From Candidatus Uhrbacteria bacterium (GTDB lineage: Bacteria; Patescibacteriota; Patescibacteriia; UBA9934), in assembly GCA_030688135.1 (NCBI GenBank), contig JAUYIW010000067.1, positions 23,982 through 87,981 of the forward strand: 64,000 nt of DNA, given 5' to 3'. The notes beneath the pieces are model-generated. The model saw only the letters and a list, made by a program, of their open reading frames with translations. It did not search any database and was not told the DNA's origin. Both the position numbers and the translations under genes were made by a program. Below, piece by piece: positions 1 to 8,654 of the stretch. The first letter of the stretch is position 1; the number at the start of each line of letters is the position of its first letter.

Positions 1-16
1 ACGAATTTCTGTGCGT

Positions 17-1642
17 TTAGTCTTGGTTGGCCAGCGCTGTTTCTGCGGGCAACTCACCGCGCAAGTAGTCGAACAGCGTACCAGCCTCGAAGTGCTCGAG
101 CATGCTGTCGACCAAATTGACCAACCTCTCACTACCACCCAGGTAATTATGTTGCTGTCCTGTAACATGCATTCCTGGCAGGTTATGCCAATATGCGAAA
201 TCCTTAAAGCCGTGCAACTTCTCCTTGTTTGCACGCAAGAATGCCATGGTGTCAGCAACCATTTCACCCATCAACGGGAACACGCCAGTATCGCTCCAAC
301 GGCCAATAAAGAACATGTACGGCACGCCCTTTTTGAAGCCAAATAGGAACGGGTCGATAAGTGCCTGCCAAGCTGGATCTTGCCACTCACGCCCAGCAAT
401 ATCGTGGTACGGGGTGAAAATCACCACGTAATCGAAATGCTGCTTGGCCTTCATGATGGCTCGCAAAATGTGCGGCGGAATTACATCGCCCTGGTACTGA
501 GCCAAGCGCCTGGTTCGACGATTGAAGATTTGGTACAGGTTGGCAAATTCTTGCGTGCCGAGCAGGCTCGCAAAATACTGCACCGCTACGTCTGGTTGCG
601 GATCTGACTGATTCCAGGTGTCTGGCAGGCTATCCTTGGCCTCGATAAACCACACCGGAGCAGCCACCAACAGATCGGCCACGTGCGCGATGGGAATCAC
701 CGAGCATGGCTGTAGCAACTCTGCGTCCCGCAAGAACCGCACCGTTTCGGTAAACAGCCTCGAAGATTGGAGTTGTGCCTCCATAGTTCCCGCCTCGCCG
801 AAACCAGTTCGGTTCCTGCGAATATTCAGGCTACTGGGACTGCCAACCAGCATATGCAGAGCCGAAATCGACATGCGGCTTCCTGGCGACAACACACCAA
901 CTTGTCGTAAGTTCTGCAACACAGCGATGGTGGAGAGAAACAGCGCGTACTCGCTCTCAATGAGCGAAGCCTGCGTAGCGAAACCAAGTTCGCTCTGCAT
1001 GCTAACTGCCATCTCTACCGAGCGCTTCTCGGCCTCGCTACCAGCTGCATCGAGGTCGAATACGACATCGTAGGTAGAAAGTCCAGTGAAGGTTTCTTCT
1101 AGAAACTTAGCCACCAACTCTCGAGCATCGTCCGCATCTTGAATCTCGACTAGCTCGTCGAGCTCGATGCCAATCACTTGCTTGAGTGGCTTGTTGGCAA
1201 TTGCTTTCCGCACCTGCTCGGCCGGAATCGCCTTCACTCGTTTGTGGTAGGCATAGCGCCGAACCAAGCTTGGCAGCTGAGCAGCCTCTCCCTGCAAAAC
1301 AGGAAGGTATACAGCATTCGACACGCCGATTGCTCGAAACTTGCCTTCGCGCTTGTTATCACCGATGAGCGTAAACTCAACCATGGCTCCAACAGTCAAC
1401 GTAAAATCGCTCTCGTCCTGATGCACGAAAACATCTCCGTTGGTATCGAACTGCTCACCCTCGATGGTGGTGATGTTATTGATGAATCCGTAACCATTGG
1501 GCATTTCGACAACTGTGCCGATAAGCCTTGGAAGCACACGGACTGTGGCCTCGGGCCTTGAAAGAACACTTGCAACAGGCATTGCTGACTCCAGTAACGA
1601 CCAGACAGCAGGAAAACCAACAGATTTGGCCCCTGAACTCAT
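17..1642 (-). CDS. hypothetical protein with N-terminal cold-shock (CSD/OB-fold) domain
   Basis: 541-aa ORF; RNP1/RNP2-like motifs NGYGFI...DVFVHQ...VEF..KFRA near N-terminus; remainder unrecognised; GC-richer than housekeeping genes. Confidence 0.7.
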   Translation of the reverse strand: MSSGAKSVGFPAVWSLLESAMPVASVLSRPEATVRVLPRLIGTVVEMPNGYGFINNITTIEGEQFDTNGDVFVHQDESDFTLTVGAMVEFTLIGDNKREGKFRAIGVSNAVYLPVLQGEAAQLPSLVRRYAYHKRVKAIPAEQVRKAIANKPLKQVIGIELDELVEIQDADDARELVAKFLEETFTGLSTYDVVFDLDAAGSEAEKRSVEMAVSMQSELGFATQASLIESEYALFLSTIAVLQNLRQVGVLSPGSRMSISALHMLVGSPSSLNIRRNRTGFGEAGTMEAQLQSSRLFTETVRFLRDAELLQPCSVIPIAHVADLLVAAPVWFIEAKDSLPDTWNQSDPQPDVAVQYFASLLGTQEFANLYQIFNRRTRRLAQYQGDVIPPHILRAIMKAKQHFDYVVIFTPYHDIAGREWQDPAWQALIDPFLFGFKKGVPYMFFIGRWSDTGVFPLMGEMVADTMAFLRANKEKLHGFKDFAYWHNLPGMHVTGQQHNYLGGSERLVNLVDSMLEHFEAGTLFDYLRGELPAETALANQD

Positions 1643-1669
1643 GCTGTCGTCAACGCATGAATTAAGCTT

Positions 1670-1698
1670 GTTTTATCATATTTATTGAACTTTGTCAA
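1670..1698 (-). promoter_or_regulatory. sigma70-type promoter
   Basis: minus strand TTGACA-17nt-TAAAAC with TGn extension, 28 nt upstream of ATG 1642. Confidence 0.6.
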
Positions 1699-1827
1699 GC
1701 TTAGGACTTACTATGGATGTTGAGCTTGACAGAGGTCTCTATTTATTACCAACGTGGCTTTGTGATTGAAAAAAAGAAACGCACCCGACAAGGCAGGTGC
1801 GCCTGTGGATGCGTAGAGCCCCGGACT

Positions 1828-2730
1828 CTAGCCCGGAGCGAAAATGAGCGGATAGTTCACGACCACGATGCCGCCACCATTGGGCTTGGGGAACTGAAGC
1901 TTGCGGAACTCGCCAGCGATACAGCTCTCGACCGTCGGGTCGTTCATGGTCGAGGAGCTCGTCTCCGCCTTGGAGACACTCCCGTTCTTCGCAATGACGA
2001 ACTTGGTCACGACCTTGCCACCGAGCTCTGGGTCCTTCTCGAGCTCGCGCTGGTAGCAGTAACGGATCTGGTTCATATGTCGCTTGATCACCGCGTCGAT
2101 GAGTGACTTGTCAAGCGCGCCCATGATGATCGGGTCGCCACCAACCATACCACCACCCAGGCCATAGTTCCGAGATCCGAGGCCGCTACCGTAGCCAGAC
2201 GAACCATCGCTGCGACCCTTGGTCCCGAGACCACCGAGACCTTCGGCTGTGCCGCCACCTCCGAGACCGGAGCTCTTGGAGCCAAGGCCACCAGAGCCGA
2301 TCTGGGTGCCCTTGGCACCGATCAACCCCCCGATACCACTGGTGAGGTCTGCGTCGAACCTAATGGAGCCGAACACACCGTCGAACTCGGAGCCGTCACG
2401 AAGTCCCCCGAGCACACCGGCATTCTCCTTGATCTCCTTGTCGAGCTCACGCTTCTGCATCTCGACCTTGTTGCCCTTCGCCTTTACCACATCGGCCGAA
2501 GCGGGCGCTTTGGGCTTCGAGGCCTGAACCGGGTCGGGCGTCGACGCGGACTGCTCTACCGGTGCGACGACAATGTCATCAGCTGGTGTCTCGATTTTCT
2601 TTACGAGTAACGCCGCATCTGCTTGCCTCTCGAGCGCTTCGAACTCATCGAGAACGTCTTGTACGTCGTCAGCCTTCGCAGTGGACGTTGTGGCGAAAAC
2701 CGCCAGGAAAAGAATGAATGCATAACGCAT
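1828..2730 (-). CDS. exported Gly-rich protein with AgmX/PglI-type (TonB-C-like) C-terminal domain
   Basis: signal peptide, Gly-rich linker, C-terminal LDKSLIDAVIKRHMNQIRYCYQREL...G.VV.KFVI...GSV...CI..F..LQFPKP.GGGIVVVNYPLIF; SD GAGGTG. Confidence 0.8.
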   Translation of the reverse strand: MRYAFILFLAVFATTSTAKADDVQDVLDEFEALERQADAALLVKKIETPADDIVVAPVEQSASTPDPVQASKPKAPASADVVKAKGNKVEMQKRELDKEIKENAGVLGGLRDGSEFDGVFGSIRFDADLTSGIGGLIGAKGTQIGSGGLGSKSSGLGGGGTAEGLGGLGTKGRSDGSSGYGSGLGSRNYGLGGGMVGGDPIIMGALDKSLIDAVIKRHMNQIRYCYQRELEKDPELGGKVVTKFVIAKNGSVSKAETSSSTMNDPTVESCIAGEFRKLQFPKPNGGGIVVVNYPLIFAPG

Positions 2731-2783
2731 GTATCACCTCTGTTTTTGAAAGAAACTTACGTACTTCAGTGTACGTAAGACGG

Positions 2784-2815
2784 ATTATAATAGCAATAAA
2801 CCCAACTTTTGTCAA
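2784..2815 (-). promoter_or_regulatory. sigma70-type promoter
   Basis: TTGACA-17-TATTAT (TGc extended, overlapping TATAAT). Confidence 0.65.
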
Positions 2816-3065
2816 ACTACGGAGGGAGGATCATACAGCAACCAATCAATACCCCGGGTACAGATGAATCAGAACCTGACTAAAGCCCGAATGAAAGTAT
2901 TTTAAACAAAAAGCAGGCCACTAAACCCGCTTTCTACAATATTTGACATTTGAGCTTTCTGATTTGATATTTCGCCTGCATCCTTAACCTCTTCAGCGTC
3001 CGAGTAATCTCTCTTTAACCTCTCCACAATCAGTATAACCTCTCTCCACCTTCCGAGCACCCAAA

Positions 3066-4418
3066 TTACCCCAACCTCCTTCTAACAATATCTACCACTT
3101 TCTTAGCATCAACAATTTCCTGTCCACCTGACTCCATATCACGAATAATAATCGTGCCATCTAAAACTTCTTTCTGACCAAGAATAAGTGATAGTTTTGC
3201 TTCCATTTTGTCTGCTAACTCAAGCTGAGCTTTTAGCGATCCCTTACCAAACGCTTCAGCGACTGGAATTCCCGATACTCTAAACTCCTCAAACATAGCA
3301 AGCCCTTTTCTGCGTGCAGCGTCGCCAAGTTGCGCAAAAAATACATCAACCGTTCTACGCTTTGGAACATCTACTCCCTTATTCTTCATTGCAAGAATAA
3401 CTCGCTCAATTCCAACAGCCGCACCCATTGCAGGAACATCATCTCTCCCACCAAGTAATGGTATTAGGCCGTCATAACGACCACCTCCGGCAAGAGAACT
3501 TTGAGACTTCGACTCTTCGTCACCCTGCGACTCTTCTGCAACAGGTAATATCTCAAACACAGTGCGAGAATAGTAATCAAGTCCACGAACCAAAAATGGA
3601 TCAAGCTCATAGGCAACATCGACTTCATCCAGGTACTCCAATACCTTCATTAGATTTTGCTTTGAAGTTTCATCGATCCAATCAAGAATCTGTGGAGCAT
3701 TTTCACGTAACTCGTCCATTCCTTCTTCTTTTGAATCAAGTAATCGTAAAGGATTTTTTGTTAAACGCTTCTTGTCAACGTCGGATAGCTTGCTCCTGAA
3801 CTGCTTAAAGTAACTTGCAAGCTCCATTACATACTCCCTGCGTGATTCAGAAGTCCCGATTGAGTTGATTTTTACAACCGTATCAAGTCCAAGCTCTTTC
3901 ATGAATCTATCAAGCATTATAATAACCTGTGCATCGATTACAGGCTCAGCTGAGCCGATTGCCTCGAGCCCCCATTGATGAAATTGTCTATAACGTCCAG
4001 ACTGTGGGCGGTCATAACGAAACATTGGACCAAAGTACCAAAGCTTTACAGGCTGTGGTAAATTTAACATTCCGTGCTCAATATATGCTCGAGCAACTTG
4101 CGCAGTGGCCTCAGGCCGCATCGTTACACGATCATTCCCCTGATCGGTGAACGAAAACATTTCTTTTTCTACAATATCAGTTCCCTTTCCAACTGAACGC
4201 TCAAATAAAACAGTCTTCTCAAGCATTGGTAAACGTATTCTTCCAAAACTGTAATCGGTAGAAATTTTCCTTGCAGTGTCTTCTACAAGATTCCAATACG
4301 CCTGTTCTTCAGGTAAAATATCTCGGAAACCTCGCAAATGTTCTGGAGTTTTGCTTTTCTTTTTTGAAGAATCATCCACCTTCTCCAACTTATTCATTTC
4401 ATCTTTTTTTGCAGGCAT
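3066..4418 (-). CDS. hisS: histidine--tRNA ligase
   Basis: RGFRD, RPEATA, FRYDRPQSGRYRQFHQ, LVRGLDYY, GGGRYDGL motifs. Confidence 0.97.
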   Translation of the reverse strand: MPAKKDEMNKLEKVDDSSKKKSKTPEHLRGFRDILPEEQAYWNLVEDTARKISTDYSFGRIRLPMLEKTVLFERSVGKGTDIVEKEMFSFTDQGNDRVTMRPEATAQVARAYIEHGMLNLPQPVKLWYFGPMFRYDRPQSGRYRQFHQWGLEAIGSAEPVIDAQVIIMLDRFMKELGLDTVVKINSIGTSESRREYVMELASYFKQFRSKLSDVDKKRLTKNPLRLLDSKEEGMDELRENAPQILDWIDETSKQNLMKVLEYLDEVDVAYELDPFLVRGLDYYSRTVFEILPVAEESQGDEESKSQSSLAGGGRYDGLIPLLGGRDDVPAMGAAVGIERVILAMKNKGVDVPKRRTVDVFFAQLGDAARRKGLAMFEEFRVSGIPVAEAFGKGSLKAQLELADKMEAKLSLILGQKEVLDGTIIIRDMESGGQEIVDAKKVVDIVRRRLG

Positions 4419-4447
4419 ATTAAGTATTGAATATGGTTTAGTGAAAA

Positions 4448-5059
4448 TTAGAAATTATAATCAGGAGAAGTGAATGTGCTTATACGTTCAAATGGAAGTC
4501 CACGAATCCAAACTTTTCCAACAATACTTTCTTCATCGACTGGTCCAAATTTTCGTGAATCAAAACTTGAATCTCTGTTGTCGCCTAACAAGTAATACTC
4601 GTCTGCACCTAGAATCACACGCTCATGCCCTTCTGTATAATCTTCTATGTAGGATTCGCTTAATGATGTTCCATTTGGGTACTCACTGTTAAAAACAGTA
4701 ATAACACCGTCTAAAATTTCTACTGTTTCTCCGGGTAAACCTATTATTCTCTTAATGTAAAATTGACTTTCGTTGCCGGGTGGCCTAAAAACAACAATCT
4801 CGCCACGCTGAGCATCTTTAAATCTATAAGTTACTTCGTCAATAATTAAGTAATCATTTTCGTAATAATTCGGCTCCATTGAAGCCCCACGAACAATAAA
4901 TGGCTTAATAAGGAAGTATCGAACTGGAACTATTATCGCAGCCGCAACTATAACAACTTGCAAGACTTCAACAATAAACAGGACAACCGCGCCAAGAGTA
5001 GCCCCGAAGACTCGGTATGCAAAAGGTTCCTTGATATCTTGTCGTCGTTTGAAAAGCAT
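4448..5059 (-). CDS. lepB: signal peptidase I
   Basis: GASMEP (Ser), YIKRIIGLPGE (Lys), GDNRDSSFDSR; start re-called at MLFKRR. Confidence 0.95.
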   Translation of the reverse strand: MLFKRRQDIKEPFAYRVFGATLGAVVLFIVEVLQVVIVAAAIIVPVRYFLIKPFIVRGASMEPNYYENDYLIIDEVTYRFKDAQRGEIVVFRPPGNESQFYIKRIIGLPGETVEILDGVITVFNSEYPNGTSLSESYIEDYTEGHERVILGADEYYLLGDNRDSSFDSRKFGPVDEESIVGKVWIRGLPFERISTFTSPDYNF

Positions 5060-5248
5060 AGTTTGTAATAGGGGCGGCCCATTGTGACCGCCCGCTTGCT
5101 TAAATTCCTCCGAATACACGCACAATATCACAGTTTTTTGCTCTTTGCAAGGGAGTGAGCTTGATCCCGCATTCTATACTCAATGCACCACTCATCGGGA
5201 AAAACGCTCAATCGGCACAATCTCAGTCCAATACAATCCAAACACACA

Positions 5249-5268
5249 GTCCAACATCTAGCGTTGAC
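5249..5268. repeat. 20-bp imperfect palindrome GTCAACGCTAGATGTTGGAC (minus strand)
   Basis: exact reverse complement of 40241-40260. Confidence 0.85.
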
Positions 5269-5462
5269 ATATCAGCGCGGAGTACTCAAGAATTGCGATG
5301 CACACTCCACGCATCCTCCTGGCCGCCATAGCTTTAGCGACGGTGGCTGAACGCGCGAACTCCGGCAACATTGCAATCTGAGAGATTTCGGTGACACATA
5401 TCCTTAAACACGTATTCATGAACCTACTCTCCAGTGTTATTTTACCAAACTTTTTCTAAAAT

Positions 5463-5510
5463 AAAAGAGCCCCTCGAAAACTTCAGTCAAAGACTTCAGT
5501 TTTCGAGGGG
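5463..5510 (-). terminator. intrinsic terminator
   Basis: GCCCCTCGAAAAC...GTTTTCGAGGGGC stem followed by U-rich tract on minus strand. Confidence 0.65.
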
Positions 5511-5685
5511 CAGGTCGCACTTTTTCAGATGTGGCGAGTCCGCTTCGCGGACGAAGAACCAAGGACCAAGCCTGCCTGCTGCCTGCCTGCCGGCAGGCAG
5601 GGCAGGCAGGTCCAAAGATCTCCGAGCGCCAAGCTACCAAGCGTGCCCCGTACCGAGCTATGCTCTGGTGCGGGGTTCCAAGTGC

Positions 5686-6510
5686 CTACTCCCAGAGGAC
5701 AGACAACGACGTGAAATAGAACCAGTCGTCGAGGCGGCGGGCGTCCAGGCGCGCCCAGTCACTGTGACGGTCGACGCTCGGCGAGTCCATCCACGCATCG
5801 CAGTCGGGGACGTTCAGCTCGAGACCGCAGGCCAGAACCCACGGAACGGTATCGCCGTCGATCTGGCGAACCCAGTCGGGGTCTTGCGCGGCAGCGTAAA
5901 ATACGGCGAAGTGTGCCGAATCCTTGCCACGCACGGCCTTGGCGACCGTTCCGTCCTTGCGGTTGAAGTGCGCGCCGAGGTCCACGACCTCGATGCGCAC
6001 GCAATCGCGGTAGACGGGTACGATCGTGTTGCCACCCTCGTCCTGCAGGTATCGAACACGATTTTCGTCGATCCCACTGGCGTAGGCGAGATCCCACTGC
6101 CAGAAGTCCGTTCCGAAAGTGTCGCGCATGCGGTCGCGGGCGTAGGGCAGCAACTCATGCGCAAGACCGTCACCGAGATACGGCGACACTACGATGTTCA
6201 GCATGTTGTTGTTCTGGCTCTCTGCGTTGAACCGCGCAATGCGACTCTCGGCTTCCTTCTGCGCCGAGTCGATCATACCTCCCTTCACCCCCGGCCAGCT
6301 CCGTACCATTTCGAGCTTGTCCTTGAGTGGGCGGAATCGGCCGTGGATGAGGCGGAAAGCGTCGTGCTTGCGCATGGTGACGAGCATGGCCTACACCGCT
6401 TTCGGAGTTTGGCTGAGCTTCTTCGCATCTTCAGCCGTGAGCCCTGCCGCGTTAAGAACACGGTAGAGCTCGATTTCGGTTCCCTTGTCTATTTTGTAAA
6501 GGCTGGCCAT
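5686..6510 (-). CDS. GC-rich hypothetical protein, candidate DGR variable (target) protein; interrupted by in-frame TAG at 6391-6393
   Basis: SD (AAGGAGG) + ATG at 6510 in frame with the 233-aa ORF 5686-6387 via one TAG; aromatic/Asp-rich C-terminal tail; hairpin just after stop. Confidence 0.6.
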
Positions 6511-6672
6511 GTGGCTTACCCTCCTTGTTTCGCCGTCGGCTAACCTTACACCCTGAACTTACAGGAGTCTGACTGACCAGTTTGTTAAATACGGCTCTTT
6601 GAAGTCGATAAACTACAAAAAGCCATATTCAACATTAAAACTTGGTATTATTATATTAATGAACAAGGCATG

Positions 6673-6701
6673 AATATAGCATTTATTAGCGATTTTGTCA
6701 A
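6673..6701 (-). promoter_or_regulatory. sigma70-type promoter
   Basis: TTGACA-17-TATATT with TGc extension. Confidence 0.65.
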
Positions 6702-7056
6702 GTCTACTCAGCTAAAATTAGCCAATATTCTGGTGACGTCTCTAAGAGACGTCCCTTTTCTCTTATTTTATTCAAGATCCTCCGCTCACCGAGAGATCCT
6801 TCATCGGCTCTATTTTTTTAGGATGTCCTGCTCCCTCAGGATGTCCTACTCCGCCGGCCACCTCAGCGTCAGAATAACCCCTTCGCATCCAGAATAACCC
6901 CTCCGCCAATCGTATAACCCCATTGCATTCGAACCAATCCCCCTCCCAAAACACAGCCCCTTTGCGCCCCTTTCAAATTTCGACTATAATATTGCAAGCA
7001 GAGGCTACCCTTGATATTTTTCGATCTGGAAATACATACCATATAGTGAAACAAGT

Positions 7057-8538
7057 ATGAATGACGACAACTCGGTTGATTTTCTAAAAAAGAAATACAA
7101 CCTGGCACCTGATCGCAATAGCGCCAAACGTCAAAAAAAGGTTTTACGAACTGCAGGCGTTTTTTTGACTCTTATTGCACTTGGCGGTGTCTTTTTTTCA
7201 TACAACATTTCTAAAATAGCCATTGAGCCAGCATCAGACAGCGGAGGGTTTTCTATACTTTCATCTTTCCGCAGACTTGTTACAAGTGATGAAAAAGAAC
7301 TTATTGGCGAAGAAGACGATCGCATAAACTTCCTTCTAATGGGAATTGGTGGCGCTGGCCACGACGGACCCGAACTTACAGATACATTAATGTTCGCAAG
7401 TTTCCGCCCATCTACAAACAAAATCGGAATTATGTCTATTCCGCGTGACCTTATTGTTCCAATCCCAGGTTACGGTTATCAAAAAATTAATCACGCAAAC
7501 GCCTACGGAGAACTTAACGAAGATGGCGCTGGCCCGGAACTTGCAACAGAAGTTATAAGTGAACTTTTAGACCAAGAAATCCACTACACTGTTAAAGTTG
7601 ACTTTCAGGGCTTCGAGGATTTGATCGACGCGATTGGTGGAATCAATGTTTTTGTTGAACGTTCATTTGTTGATCCAACATATCCAACTGACGACCACTT
7701 AACTGAATTTATTGAATTTGAAGAAGGCTGGAAGAAAATGGATGGTGATTTTGCACTAAAGTACGCTCGTTCTCGCCACGGCACAAATGGTGAAGGCTCT
7801 GATTTTGCACGCGCTGCGCGTCAACAAAATATTTTAATGGCTGTAAAAGATAAAATGCTCTCCCCTTCTGTTTTACTAAATCCAGGTAAACTTAATAGTC
7901 TAATTGAAACATTTAAAGACAACGTTAAAACTAATCTTACCTTTTGGGAAATGATTAAACTGGCTCGTTATGCACCAGACGTTAATACTGAAAACATCAA
8001 CCACGAGGTTTTAGATGCAAGTTCGGAAAGTCCGCTTTACTCTACAACGATCAACGGTTCATACGTGCTAATGCCAAAACTCGATAACTGGTCAGAAGTT
8101 CGATCGATTGCAGAAAATATATTTACAGCAAGTAGCTTAAATGGATCTGAAGTAGCTGAAGCTACAAAACCAATGGAATCTGCGCGCGTAGAAATCCAAA
8201 ACGGTACAAGCCTATCTGGTCTAGCGTTTGAAACGTCCCAACTTCTTGCAAGTTCTGGCGTTGAGGTTGTAAAAATTGGCAACGCTGAATCTCGAGGATA
8301 TACCAAAACAATCATCTACGATTTAACAGAAGGCGAAAAATCAGACGGTTTAAACGTATTAAAGGAGTTTTTAGGAGCAGATGTTGCCATGTCTACTACC
8401 GGATGGATATTTTCGGACGAAGTTGTCCCTCGCGAGCTCAGTGTTGGAACTCCAGGAGTTGATCTTGCAACATCTGATGAAGCTATTGACTTTTTGATCA
8501 TTTTAGGGGAGAATACGGCAAACTTGGTAATGCGGTAA
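7057..8538 (+). CDS. LytR-CpsA-Psr (LCP) family cell-envelope protein with LytR_C domain
   Basis: N-terminal TM; INFLLMG, LTDTLM, SIPRDL, KINHA, YARSRH, SDFARAARQQ; C-terminal VEIQNGT...GLA. Confidence 0.92.
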   Translation: MNDDNSVDFLKKKYNLAPDRNSAKRQKKVLRTAGVFLTLIALGGVFFSYNISKIAIEPASDSGGFSILSSFRRLVTSDEKELIGEEDDRINFLLMGIGGAGHDGPELTDTLMFASFRPSTNKIGIMSIPRDLIVPIPGYGYQKINHANAYGELNEDGAGPELATEVISELLDQEIHYTVKVDFQGFEDLIDAIGGINVFVERSFVDPTYPTDDHLTEFIEFEEGWKKMDGDFALKYARSRHGTNGEGSDFARAARQQNILMAVKDKMLSPSVLLNPGKLNSLIETFKDNVKTNLTFWEMIKLARYAPDVNTENINHEVLDASSESPLYSTTINGSYVLMPKLDNWSEVRSIAENIFTASSLNGSEVAEATKPMESARVEIQNGTSLSGLAFETSQLLASSGVEVVKIGNAESRGYTKTIIYDLTEGEKSDGLNVLKEFLGADVAMSTTGWIFSDEVVPRELSVGTPGVDLATSDEAIDFLIILGENTANLVMR

Positions 8539-8654
8539 CTGCAAGGGTCCTAAGATGTACAGATCAGTACGAATATACAAATATATAGATAAATTTGAAC
8601 CAGAAATCTGTATATCTGTAAAAATCCGTACATCCTCGGTACCTTGCTACTTCT

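Noticed and set aside
6391-6393. Alternative genetic code (stop reassignment)
   Set aside because: TAG and TGA terminate conserved genes at expected positions (e.g. secY TAG, recO TGA)
5434-6543. 369-aa plus-strand ORF
   Set aside because: Antisense shadow of the GC-rich minus gene; it runs through repeats and a terminator, while promoter and SD support the minus strand
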